Origin: Candidatus Tepidifontimicrobium thermophilum
GTDB lineage: Bacteria > Sysuimicrobiota > Sysuimicrobiia > Sysuimicrobiales > Sysuimicrobiaceae
Assembly (NCBI GenBank): GCA_031459915.1
Contig: JAVKHO010000004.1
Location: 96,001-160,000, forward strand
Length of the DNA stretch: 64,000 nt
Direction of reading: 5' to 3'
Shown here piece by piece: positions 12,610 to 21,662 of the stretch; position 1 is the stretch's first letter, and the number at the start of each line of letters is the position of its first letter. Both the position numbers and the translations under genes were made by a program. Under the pieces are notes generated by a model, which was not told the DNA's origin, searched no databases, and worked only from the letters and a program-made list of their open reading frames with translations.

Positions 12610-12686
12610 GGGCCCTTAGCTCAGGTGGTCAGAGCGCGGTCCTGATAAGACCGAGGTCCGTGGTTCGAGTCCACGAGGGCCCACCA
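12610..12686 (+). tRNA. tRNA-Ile (GAT)
   Basis: GGGCCCT/AGGGCCC acceptor stem, TAGCTCAG D arm, CGGTC-CTGATAA-GACCG anticodon arm, GGTTCGAGTCC T arm, encoded CCA. Confidence 0.97.
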
Positions 12687-12757
12687 CCTCGTTCCGCCAC
12701 AGCCGGTGGGACTTGAGCGTCCAGGAGGCTCCGGGCCCCTCGCGTGTCCCCCTCAGC

Positions 12758-12773
12758 TTAAGCCCGCTTTAAG
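12758..12773 (+). promoter_or_regulatory. TTAAG-N6-TTAAG direct-repeat box 1
   Basis: TTAAGcccgctTTAAG upstream of the 12800 gene. Confidence 0.7.
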
Positions 12774-12799
12774 CCTGGTGCGCTTTCATGGGTGTCGGG

Positions 12800-13360
12800 A
12801 TGACGCGGGCCCTCCTCGTCGCCACGGTTCTCCTGCTCGCCGGGGTCCCCGGCGGACTGCGCGCCCGGGCATACGAGGTGCGGACCGTGGGTGGCTGGGA
12901 GCGGGAGCTGCGCGCGGGAGCTGTAGTCCGCACCGCGCCCCCGTCCCAGCAGATCTTCTTCCGGGTGGAACGGACCGCCGACGGCCGGTACCGCAACGCG
13001 TCGCAGGGCCTCCTGCTGAGCCCCCGCTGCGAGATCCTGGACCCCTCCGGGAAGCCCACCGGGCTGGACGCGTGGCTCTGTCCGGTCGACCCCGACAAAT
13101 CCCGCTTGCAGGTCCCTTTGAAGCCTGACGACCCCAAGGCCGTCCTGCCGCTGCGGCGCGGCACGGTGGACGTGGACCTGGACGGAGACGGGGTCACCAA
13201 CGAACGGGGCTACCTGCTCGTGACGGAGACCGCCATCTTCGTGGTGGCCTACAGCGCGCACACCCGCCTGCTGAAGTTCGACTTCGTACGGCTGGGTGAC
13301 CCGCAGAAGGTCCGCGTCCTGCAGACCCTGCGGCGCTACCAGGTACGTGTCGTCCCGTAG
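12800..13360 (+). CDS. Hypothetical exported protein
   Basis: Signal-like N-terminus MTRALLVATVLLLAG, DLDGDG loop, two Cys, GC3-rich codons; start 12788 or 12800. Confidence 0.7.
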   Translation: MTRALLVATVLLLAGVPGGLRARAYEVRTVGGWERELRAGAVVRTAPPSQQIFFRVERTADGRYRNASQGLLLSPRCEILDPSGKPTGLDAWLCPVDPDKSRLQVPLKPDDPKAVLPLRRGTVDVDLDGDGVTNERGYLLVTETAIFVVAYSAHTRLLKFDFVRLGDPQKVRVLQTLRRYQVRVVP

Positions 13361-13448
13361 GGTCGGCCAGGCGCAGCCTGGCGTAGCCAGCGCCTCCCGA
13401 CTCTCACCGCCTCTTCCCGGCAGGCCGCACGCTGGCCTCGGCCGTGAC

Positions 13449-13926
13449 CTACGGCCCGGGCTGAAATTCGAGGAGTCGCTCCTCTTCTTTGTAGACTCCG
13501 TCAGTTTCGTCAGAGGACTCCTGATACCGCCCCAACACATAAGATCTGAGCCCGAAGAAGGGCTTGCGGCGAAGGGCCCACTCCTCCAGGACCGCGGTCC
13601 CGACCCACAGGGGGATAGTTGACAGCATCAGCGACGCCCAGAGCACCACGAACCATTCCGACGTGAACGCCGCGTCTGACCGTCCGAAACGTACCGACTC
13701 AACCAGGAACGCCACGGCGGCCGCAACCGCGCCGACCGGGATGAGCAGAAGCAAAAAATACACCGTATCCTGTTCGCTGATGCGCGCGGGGGAGATCCAC
13801 TCGCGCGACCCGGGCGATCCGCCTCCGCTCCTGCTCGGGGTCGCGCACGAGGGACAGCAGGTCCGCGAGCGCGGCGTCGATTCCACCGCGGAGCGATTCC
13901 CGGAGCCCGCGGGACCCCTCGCCCAC
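13449..13926 (-). pseudogene. Small membrane protein apparently split by a frameshift at a T6 tract
   Basis: Helical N-terminal frame (13926-13699) and a two-TM frame (ends 13449) join if one base of the A6 run at 13753-13758 is removed. Confidence 0.4.
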
Positions 13927-13936
13927 GGCCCCCCGT

Positions 13937-15049
13937 TCACCACGGCCTGTGGCGGAGCCGCTCCAGCAGCCGCTCGCCGGGAATCCCGCTTGCCAGGCCG
14001 GCCAGGTACGTCACCCGCAAGAGAGCCTGCAGATCCCCCACGGCCCTGTCGCGGACCCACCGGGCGTCCATGCGGCGCCAGGGGCTTGGTTCCAGAAAGT
14101 CCCTCCACGGAAGGAGTGCGAGTACGTACCCCTCCTGCACGGCCAGGAAAGGCTTCCAGGGAAGTTCGCGGGCGAGCTGCAGGAGGGCACTCCGGACCTC
14201 GAACCCGAGGGCACCGTGGACCCCAGCCGGCTCCGGTGCGTACACCTCGAACCGGCCGTCGAACTCCGGGTCCCCGGTGGGCACCGTGTCCCAGCGGTCG
14301 AGCCCCGACCGCAGCCCGGGTTCCCATTCGGCGAAACGCCCCAGCACCCCCGACCTCGGCAGGACCGCGAGCGGAACGAGATCCGGGCCACCCTCCGCGA
14401 CCGCCACCAGTCCGTAGAACTGGCGCCCGCTGCGCCCCGGCGGCCCGGGCTGCGTGAACCCCCTCCTTTTCGGGATCGCGGACAGGACATCCGCCTCGCC
14501 CGCGACCACGCGACGCGAGTCCAGCTGGAATTCCACGGCGAGCCGGACCGCAGGACGACGGCCTCCGACCAAGAGGTGGACCGTCTGCTGGAAGGGCTTG
14601 CCGAACCGTACGGGGTCGTTGCTCTCCGGCTCGGGCTGGAACGGAACGAATCCGAACGCCGGGCCCAGCGCACCGATCAGCTGGGACCGGATGCGGAGCG
14701 ACTGTCGGTCCCGCACGGGGGCGTAGAGGATCCAAGCCAGGACCAGGACCGGGACGTACAGAAAAGCGGGCACCAGCGGCGACGCGACGAGCCACAAGCC
14801 CAGGTACAGCACCGCGTCCAGGTCCGGCCGCACCCGGGACAGCACGAGCCCCAGCCCCGCGGTCAGCACCCCGACGCCCACCACCAGAGCCGCCAGCGCG
14901 AGCGGGACCAACGCCACCAAGGCAGGTAGCCGGAGCTTCCGACGCTCCGCCTCCAACCCGGAAAGCACCCCCTTCATGGCGGGCAGGACCGCTTCAATCC
15001 GTTCGGCCACCTCACGGTCGAGGGAGTCCAAAATCTGCGGAGGGGTCAC
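13937..15049 (-). CDS. Two-TM membrane protein, DUF3137-like
   Basis: Two hydrophobic helices, then a soluble domain with TGDPEFDGRFEVYA; GTGA overlap with the upstream gene. Confidence 0.65.
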   Translation of the reverse strand: MTPPQILDSLDREVAERIEAVLPAMKGVLSGLEAERRKLRLPALVALVPLALAALVVGVGVLTAGLGLVLSRVRPDLDAVLYLGLWLVASPLVPAFLYVPVLVLAWILYAPVRDRQSLRIRSQLIGALGPAFGFVPFQPEPESNDPVRFGKPFQQTVHLLVGGRRPAVRLAVEFQLDSRRVVAGEADVLSAIPKRRGFTQPGPPGRSGRQFYGLVAVAEGGPDLVPLAVLPRSGVLGRFAEWEPGLRSGLDRWDTVPTGDPEFDGRFEVYAPEPAGVHGALGFEVRSALLQLARELPWKPFLAVQEGYVLALLPWRDFLEPSPWRRMDARWVRDRAVGDLQALLRVTYLAGLASGIPGERLLERLRHRPW

Positions 15050-15594
15050 GGCGAGTTCCCTCCTGTCCGCTCCCGCAGGGCAAAAGGGACGATCAGGAGC
15101 AGCGCCTCACGACCCTCCCATGGAGCGACCAGGCCGAACCCGTAGAGTCCCGCAGCGGCTGTGGAGAAAGACACCACCCGCTGGCCCCTGTGCACCCCGG
15201 CGACCGACCGACGGAGGCGGTGCACCAGGTCGCGTCCGGTGACGGGCGTCAGCTGCTGTCCCGGATGAATTCGGAAGACCGCCGCGAACACCTCGACGTC
15301 TCGGGGCAATCCGCGCCACCTCAGACCGTACGCGAACGGGACGGAGGCGCCCGCTGAGAACGTTCCACCGCCCACCGCCGTCCCTTCCACGGACAACCCG
15401 GGGATCTGCTGCGGGCAGAATCCCCGTCCCAGGTCCTCCGGTCTACTAGACACGGGACCCGGCAGGCATCCCTGGCCCCCCGTCACCGGTCCTACGGCCG
15501 TGTAGACCAGGAGCCCCGCGACCACCAGCACGACCGCCACCAGCGTCAGACACCCACAGCCCAGGGCCCCGAACAGCAAACTGCGGCCTGTCAC
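15046..15594 (-). CDS. Single-pass GCGC-motif membrane protein (paralogue B)
   Basis: LLFGALGCGCLTL+TM; C...PEDLGRGFCPQQIPG; ends LLLIVPFAL; GTG 15594 just after a PrsW stop. Confidence 0.7.
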   Translation of the reverse strand: MTGRSLLFGALGCGCLTLVAVVLVVAGLLVYTAVGPVTGGQGCLPGPVSSRPEDLGRGFCPQQIPGLSVEGTAVGGGTFSAGASVPFAYGLRWRGLPRDVEVFAAVFRIHPGQQLTPVTGRDLVHRLRRSVAGVHRGQRVVSFSTAAAGLYGFGLVAPWEGREALLLIVPFALRERTGGNSP

Positions 15595-15596
15595 GG

Positions 15597-16799
15597 CTAA
15601 CCTCCTGGCCCGTCCTCGCGCATCTCCGCGGGGGCTCGCAGCCGGTCCCGCAGCCGCTGCCGGAGCTCCCGCAGGCGCGACCGGTACCGGTCCAGTTCCC
15701 GCGGGTCGCGGGTCCCCCCCGCGGCCCCGTGCTTGGCAAAGGCGAAGTCGACCGCCAGGTCGTAGTAGGCCCGCAGGTCCCGCCAGGCCCCCACGCCCCG
15801 ACGGGTGAGAGCCTCCCACAGGGCACGGAACCGGAGCGCGGGTGACAGCAGCGCCGGGAAATCCTCCTCTGCCACGACGTCGGTCTCCCCCGACAGCTGA
15901 GCCCGGACCAGGAAAGCCTCCCGTCTCCACGAGAGGTAAGCGATAACTCCGAGGGTGACCCAGGCAGGGGCCTCGAGGAGGCCCCACGTGAGCGGCAGCA
16001 CGACGAACAGGTCGACCCACACGTTCCCACGCGAAAGACGCGTGAGCCACGGGTCCAGGAAGGTGGCGGTGAAGTTCCAGGCGAAGTGCAGGAACACCGC
16101 ACACGCGAACCCTACCAGGGGAGCCGCGACCCTCCCCGCCGGACTTTTCGCCTCCCGCGCGTATCCCAGGCCGGCCCCCGTGCAGGCGGTGTAGGCGGAG
16201 TGGCCCAGCCCGCCGACCAGCGCCCGCGCGTAGAACGACACCGCCAGTCCCGGAAGCCCGCCTCTTTCCAGCGCCCGGAGGAAGTAGTGCACGTTCTCCA
16301 CCGCGGTGAATCCCAGGCCGGCCAGCGCTCCGTACACGACCCCGTCCAGGGTGTTGTTGAACTCGTGGCGCCACAGGAGGGCCACCAGGAGCACGGCGGC
16401 CCCCTTGGCGGTCTCCTCCGTCACCGGCGCCACGAAAGGCCCGACTAACTTTGCCCCCAGCTCCCGACCTAGAACAGCCTGAAGGATCGCGGAAGCCAGG
16501 GAGTTGGCGACGCCCGCACACAGGGTGGCCACCGCGGCACCCCAGAAGAAGGCCGCCAGGAGGAGCCACCCGGGTTCCCGCTCGTGTCGGTCCAGCCACA
16601 GGATCAGCAGGGCGTAGAACGGCACCACGGAAAACGCCGCCGCCGCGCTGAGGAGGAAGGAGGCGACGCTGTCCGCCCGACTGAGGCTCAGGGCGAGGTT
16701 GAGGGCACCCGCGACGACGATCGCACCCGCCAGAACCAGGGCGCCGGCCCAGCGCGCCAGCGGGAAAGCCTCCGGATACCGCAGCTCCTCTGCCGTCAT
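15597..16799 (-). CDS. PrsW-family glutamic intramembrane protease (copy 4)
   Basis: DRHEREP, EETAKG, GLGFTAVEN, GHSAYT, LHFAWN. Confidence 0.92.
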   Translation of the reverse strand: MTAEELRYPEAFPLARWAGALVLAGAIVVAGALNLALSLSRADSVASFLLSAAAAFSVVPFYALLILWLDRHEREPGWLLLAAFFWGAAVATLCAGVANSLASAILQAVLGRELGAKLVGPFVAPVTEETAKGAAVLLVALLWRHEFNNTLDGVVYGALAGLGFTAVENVHYFLRALERGGLPGLAVSFYARALVGGLGHSAYTACTGAGLGYAREAKSPAGRVAAPLVGFACAVFLHFAWNFTATFLDPWLTRLSRGNVWVDLFVVLPLTWGLLEAPAWVTLGVIAYLSWRREAFLVRAQLSGETDVVAEEDFPALLSPALRFRALWEALTRRGVGAWRDLRAYYDLAVDFAFAKHGAAGGTRDPRELDRYRSRLRELRQRLRDRLRAPAEMREDGPGG

Positions 16800-16806
16800 C
16801 TCCAGG

Positions 16807-17319
16807 TCAGCGGGACCGTGAATAGGAGGCGCGCATGCTGCGAAACACCCCGAGGAGTCCGGAGAACTCGGACTCAGCGGCCTCGCCCGACAGGAAAGTC
16901 ACCTCCGTGACGCCACCGGTTCCGGGAGAGGACCGGATCCAGAACACCATGCGGGTACGAGAAGGGCCCGTACCCCAGCGGGACTCCCCTCCCACGGCCC
17001 ACGGGTGTCCGCCCAGCTCCCACCGAAACCCCGGGCGCCGGTCCAGCCCCAGCAGGTCGCCCAACACACGGCGCGCTGCCTCGCGCGGCCGCAGGCGGCC
17101 CTGCACGGGAAGATCCGGAAGCACCACAAAGCGAGGCGGGCGGAACGGCCCGCGGGCGTGGAAGATCACAAGCCCCAGGTCCTCCGCCCGGTGCACCCTC
17201 CAGGAAGCGGGCCGGAGGATCCGGAATCCCCACTCCGGATCCACGTAAGGCTTCAGGGCTACGACCTGCGACGCGAAGCCGACGAGAAGAAGGGTCGACA
17301 CCAGGCCCGCGTGGATCAC
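16807..17319 (-). CDS. Exported protein with putative PsbP/Mog1-like domain
   Basis: Signal-like N-terminus, YVDPEWGFRILRPASW, C-terminal VFRSMRASY; GTGA overlap with a PrsW stop. Confidence 0.6.
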   Translation of the reverse strand: MIHAGLVSTLLLVGFASQVVALKPYVDPEWGFRILRPASWRVHRAEDLGLVIFHARGPFRPPRFVVLPDLPVQGRLRPREAARRVLGDLLGLDRRPGFRWELGGHPWAVGGESRWGTGPSRTRMVFWIRSSPGTGGVTEVTFLSGEAAESEFSGLLGVFRSMRASYSRSR

Positions 17320-18455
17320 GTCCAGGCAATCCCGAGTGACTCCAGACGCGCCCGGAGCTGGACAAGCTGTCCCCTGAGCTGGTCCTCGGAGGCCCCTGCC
17401 GGCCTCCCCCGGGAGGCCCGCCACCGCGCGAAGGCGAGCTCTGCCAGCGTGTCGTAGAACTGGCGGAGAACCAGCCACCCAGCGGGTCCCTTCCGCGTGA
17501 AAGCCTCCCAGAGCCGGCGGGACTTGACCCCACTTGTGGCCACCGCCCGCAGCTCTTCCTCCGTGAGGATTCCCGAGGAGACCAGGTCCACCAGGTGTGT
17601 GCGGATCAGCTCCCGTTCCCGCCGCTCCGCGAGGAAGGCCAGGAGCCCGAGCACGACGAGGGGCGGGAGCAGGATGATCCCGAACAGCACCGGGATCAGA
17701 AACAACTCTCTTTCTCCAACCGCGGCAACGACCGCGAGGTTGCTGGAGTTCCACAGGGCGTGCAGGAAAACCGCCCCGAGATACCCGACCGGTGGGGCTA
17801 CGAACCGGGCCGCTCCCCCGCGCTCGCGCGCGTAGCCCAGGGCAGCCCCCGTGCATCCCGTCCAGACGGAGTGCATGAGGCCTAGGAGGATCACGCGCAG
17901 GAAGAACAGGACGATGAGCGTCCCCAGCCCACCCTCCGTATAGCCACGGCCCAGGTACAGCACGTTCTCCGCCACCCCGAAGCCCAGCCCCACCAGCGCC
18001 CCATACACCAGGCCGTCCGTGAGGTTGTCGAACTCCTCGCGGAGGAAGGCCGCCATGCCGAGGAGTGCCACTCCCTTCGCGGTTTCCTCCACCAGGGGTG
18101 CCACGAGTCCGAGGGTGACCCGGAGCGCCCACTGGGGCCCCAAGACTGCCTTCAGGACAGCCATCCACAGCTGGTTGAAGACAAAGGCGAGCAGCACGGA
18201 CACCGTGGAGCCCCAGAAAAAGGCAGCCAGCAGCAGCCAGCCCGGCTCCTTCTCGTGCCGGTCCAGCCACAGGATGGCGGTGACGTACACAGGCACGGGG
18301 AGCACAGCCAGACCGGCACCGAGCAAGAACGCGACCGGCCCCTCGAGGCCCACGAGGATCAAAAGCACCAACAGCCCCACGAAGCTGAACAGGCCCAGCA
18401 GCGACAGCTGCAGGAACAGGTAGGGGTTCCTCGCCCGGACCGACCCGACCGGCAC
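17316..18455 (-). CDS. PrsW-family glutamic intramembrane protease (copy 3)
   Basis: DRHEKEP, EETAKG, GLGFGVAEN, MHSVWT, LHALWN; GGGAGG before GTG 18455. Confidence 0.9.
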   Translation of the reverse strand: MPVGSVRARNPYLFLQLSLLGLFSFVGLLVLLILVGLEGPVAFLLGAGLAVLPVPVYVTAILWLDRHEKEPGWLLLAAFFWGSTVSVLLAFVFNQLWMAVLKAVLGPQWALRVTLGLVAPLVEETAKGVALLGMAAFLREEFDNLTDGLVYGALVGLGFGVAENVLYLGRGYTEGGLGTLIVLFFLRVILLGLMHSVWTGCTGAALGYARERGGAARFVAPPVGYLGAVFLHALWNSSNLAVVAAVGERELFLIPVLFGIILLPPLVVLGLLAFLAERRERELIRTHLVDLVSSGILTEEELRAVATSGVKSRRLWEAFTRKGPAGWLVLRQFYDTLAELAFARWRASRGRPAGASEDQLRGQLVQLRARLESLGIAWT

Positions 18456-18460
18456 GGCCG

Positions 18461-19021
18461 CTAGCCTCCCATCCACTTGAAGTCCCGCAACATCTCCGTC
18501 AGGGTGCGTTCCCACCGCGGCCACTCCCGCTCCGGCGCCTGGGCCAGGACCAGGTAAAAGACCAGGGTGTCCCCACCGTGCACCGGCGGCCTGGCCACGA
18601 CGGTCAAGAACACCGCCCGCATGGGGATGTCGGCCGCACCCCTCCAGGTCACCTCTCCCCGGACGGTGTAGATCCCCTGACCTTGCGGCGTGATCCGCTG
18701 CCGCAGGCGGACGTCCGCCGACCGGCCGAGTCCCGCTTCGCGCATCAACGTCTCCCGGACCGCCACCTCCGGTTCGAGGTCTCCGCTCAGGCGCGTGCCG
18801 GGGAATACCACGAACGCCGTCCCCTCCCGCGGACGGTCTCGGTAGAAAGCCACCCAGCCGTCCACCGGGTCCTCCTGGATATGCCAGCCGCGGGGATAGC
18901 GAACCGAGAAACGAGCAGAGGGGTCCACGTACACGACCCAATCACTGGAGAAGGGCAGCCCCAGAGCGAGGCTCAGGAAAACCCCCAGCGCACTAACCCC
19001 TCTCTTTCCGGCTACCGGCAC
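18461..19021 (-). CDS. Exported protein with putative PsbP/Mog1-like domain
   Basis: Hydrophobic N-terminus, YVDPSARFSVRYPRGW, C-terminal LTEMLRDF. Confidence 0.65.
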   Translation of the reverse strand: MPVAGKRGVSALGVFLSLALGLPFSSDWVVYVDPSARFSVRYPRGWHIQEDPVDGWVAFYRDRPREGTAFVVFPGTRLSGDLEPEVAVRETLMREAGLGRSADVRLRQRITPQGQGIYTVRGEVTWRGAADIPMRAVFLTVVARPPVHGGDTLVFYLVLAQAPEREWPRWERTLTEMLRDFKWMGG

Positions 19022-19842
19022 AGGGCCTCCTCCCTGGGACGTCCCTCAGTCGGCTTCTGAGGGAGGAAAGCGTGGCTGCGCGCCATGTGCTGGAACACGG
19101 GGACCAAGCTCGGCCACGCCACCCGCTGTGCCTGAAACGCTTTGAAGTGCTTCATCGAGAAGTTGGCCACGCGCGAGTGCAGGTACACACCCAGCAGAAC
19201 CCCGTGCATGGGCTCACCACGACCGTTGGTCCAGGAGGCCTCCAGGAAGGCGGACTCGCTGTCCTGGGGCATGGGCCGGATCTGCAGCGTCTCTACCCGC
19301 AAGTCCGGGTACTGTCTGCGCATGCGCCCCACCAACCCGTCGAGATCCTGTTGGGCGGGCACCACCCGGCCGTACGTCGCCAGCATCCGCGAGAAGGACG
19401 CAGAGCTACCGTCTGACGAATCCTCACCGGGCGGCGTGAAACTCACCCCCGACTCCCCCGGCAACACCCGCCAGCCCGAGGGGTACTGGACGCAGAACTC
19501 CCCGCCCGGGTCGAGGTACCACGAGTAAGAAACCTGAGGCGGCGGGCCCGCAGGCTGGCCGCCGGCAGGTGAGGGCCCCGAAGGCGAAGACGGCCACGGC
19601 TGCCCGGCGGGAAACGAGGGCTGCGGTCCGGGGCGTGCTGGCGTCGCGGGACGCGCAGGCTGCGGGGCCGGCTCCTGGCCGGGCTGCAGAGCGGGAGGGG
19701 GCGGAGCCGGACGCCGGGCGAGCACGTACCACGCCACCCCTCCGATCCCCAGCATCACGAAGAACCCCACCGCCAGGACAGCCAGGATGGCCACCACGGC
19801 CCACGGACTTAGCCCAGCCTGATCGGTGAGTGTCCTCCTCAT
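19012..19842 (-). CDS. Membrane-anchored protein with Pro-rich linker and putative PsbP/Mog1-like domain
   Basis: N-terminal TM, long P/A/Q linker, YLDPGGEFCVQYPSGW, VFQHMARSH; ATGA overlap with a PrsW stop. Confidence 0.7.
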   Translation of the reverse strand: MRRTLTDQAGLSPWAVVAILAVLAVGFFVMLGIGGVAWYVLARRPAPPPPALQPGQEPAPQPARPATPARPGPQPSFPAGQPWPSSPSGPSPAGGQPAGPPPQVSYSWYLDPGGEFCVQYPSGWRVLPGESGVSFTPPGEDSSDGSSASFSRMLATYGRVVPAQQDLDGLVGRMRRQYPDLRVETLQIRPMPQDSESAFLEASWTNGRGEPMHGVLLGVYLHSRVANFSMKHFKAFQAQRVAWPSLVPVFQHMARSHAFLPQKPTEGRPREEALCR

Positions 19843-21002
19843 CCCACAAGCCCCAACGCGGCGGCCCGTTCGCGGAGCGCCTGCACCCGTTCGCGGAGCA
19901 CCTGGACATCGCGTCCGGCTTCCCCGCGCCGTTGCCGCCAGAGGGCGAAGGCCAGGTCCACCTCGGCGTCGTACAGCTGCCGCAGCAGGTTCCACGCGCC
20001 CGGCCCCTTTGCGGTCAACACCGACCACAGGCGGCGGCTCCGCTCCCGCGGCCGCGTGAGGAGCTCCACGTGTTCCGGCAGCATCCTGCCTGCCTCCACC
20101 TCCTCTTGCAGGCCCTCTCGGATGGCGGTCACCTCCCGCTTCCAGGCGAAGTACGCCAGGGCCACCAGCAAGAGCAGCGGGATCCCTGCGATGAAGAAGG
20201 ACATCAACGGAACAACCAGGAGCCCCGCGGCACCCGCAGACCGGACCGCGGCCGGAACCGCAAAGCTCGCCAACAGGTTCCAGAGGAAGTGCAGGAACAT
20301 GGCGCAGAAGTAGCCCGCCACCGGAGCCACGAAGCGTGCCGCTCCCTGGCTCTCCCGGGCGTACCCCAGACCCGCTCCCGTGCAGGCGGTGTAGACGGAA
20401 TGGTTCAGGCCGCCCACCACTGCCCGCAACACGAAACCCACAGTCAGGGCCGCGATGCCTCCCTCGCGGAGGAAGCGGGCGAAGTACAGGATGTTCTCCG
20501 TGGCCGCAAAGCCCAGCCCGGCCAGGGCCCCGTACACGATGCCGTCCACGGTGTTCGTGAACTCGCGCCGCCAGAACAGGAAAACGAGCAGAACCGCAAG
20601 CCCCTTGCTGGTCTCCTCCGTCAGGGGGGCCAGCAGGGGCCCGGTCAGCTGTTTGCCCAGCTGAGGGCCGAACACGAGCTGGAAGACCTCCCCGCCGAGG
20701 GAGTTGAAGATCAAGCTGAAGAAGGTGGCCACCACCCCACCCCAAAGTAGGGCTCCGAGCAGCAGCCCCCCCGGCTCCTTCTCGTGCCGGTCCAGCAGGA
20801 GGATCAGGCCCGCGTAAAAGGGCACCACGGACAGCGCGGCGAAACACGCCATGAGGAACCGGCCCAGTCCTCCTGCGGATTGGTAGAAGAGGAGCATCTG
20901 CAGCAGGGCCAGCACGAACAGCACCAGCCCTCCCGCCACAAGCCCCGCAGCCTTCAGGAAGGTGTCCGTGCCGAAGCCTGACCGCGCAGTGCCGGCTGCC
21001 AT
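19839..21002 (-). CDS. PrsW-family glutamic intramembrane protease (copy 2)
   Basis: DRHEKEP, EETSKG, GLGFAATEN, NHSVYT, LHFLWN. Confidence 0.92.
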   Translation of the reverse strand: MAAGTARSGFGTDTFLKAAGLVAGGLVLFVLALLQMLLFYQSAGGLGRFLMACFAALSVVPFYAGLILLLDRHEKEPGGLLLGALLWGGVVATFFSLIFNSLGGEVFQLVFGPQLGKQLTGPLLAPLTEETSKGLAVLLVFLFWRREFTNTVDGIVYGALAGLGFAATENILYFARFLREGGIAALTVGFVLRAVVGGLNHSVYTACTGAGLGYARESQGAARFVAPVAGYFCAMFLHFLWNLLASFAVPAAVRSAGAAGLLVVPLMSFFIAGIPLLLLVALAYFAWKREVTAIREGLQEEVEAGRMLPEHVELLTRPRERSRRLWSVLTAKGPGAWNLLRQLYDAEVDLAFALWRQRRGEAGRDVQVLRERVQALRERAAALGLVG

Positions 21003-21011
21003 ACTGTGCTC

Positions 21012-21662
21012 CTACTGCAGGGCGAACGGCACCAGCAGCACGACCGCAGGTTGACCGCCCTGAGGGACTGCCAAGACAAACCCGTATAGCCCAGACGAGC
21101 CCCCTTGCGTGTCCAGGGTGTAAAGGGTGCGTCCTGGCTTTTCCACAGGCTGCGGGTTGGTGACGGGGACCACCCGTTCCTGGGACTCGATCTTTACCAC
21201 CAGCGTGACCACCTGAGTTTCCATCCGGCGGACGCCAAAGAGGATCCCCACGGGCTCACCCACCCGGAAGGTCCCGGCTGGCTCCGTGGGCTTTCCGTCC
21301 GGCCCAAGACGCACGGCCATCCCGCCCTCCACCTCCACCCCTGGGACCTGCTGGGGGCAGATGCCCTTACCGAGGTCCTCGGGGCCCCTGGGAGGTGTCT
21401 GGGGGCAGGGACCCGCCTGCGGGCCCGGTGCTGAAGGCTGGGCCGGCGTCGATGGCTGGGCCGGCGCAGGGGCCGGGGGCGCAGGCTGGGACACCGGGCC
21501 CGTGGGTTGAGACCCGGGCTGTGCAGGGGCGGCCGCAGGGGTCGGCGCGGGGGAAGGTTTCGGCCTCGCGAAGACCACCAGCGCGGCCACGACCGCCACC
21601 ACCGCGAGCAGGGTGAGACACCCGCAGCCCAGTCCACCGCCGATCAGCAGGTTCCGGTTCAT
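21012..21662 (-). CDS. Single-pass GCGC-motif membrane protein with Pro-rich linker (paralogue A)
   Basis: MNRNLLIGGGLGCGCLTL+TM, P/A/Q linker, C...PEDLGKGICPQQVPG, ends VLLVPFALQ; ATGA overlap. Confidence 0.75.
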   Translation of the reverse strand: MNRNLLIGGGLGCGCLTLLAVVAVVAALVVFARPKPSPAPTPAAAPAQPGSQPTGPVSQPAPPAPAPAQPSTPAQPSAPGPQAGPCPQTPPRGPEDLGKGICPQQVPGVEVEGGMAVRLGPDGKPTEPAGTFRVGEPVGILFGVRRMETQVVTLVVKIESQERVVPVTNPQPVEKPGRTLYTLDTQGGSSGLYGFVLAVPQGGQPAVVLLVPFALQ

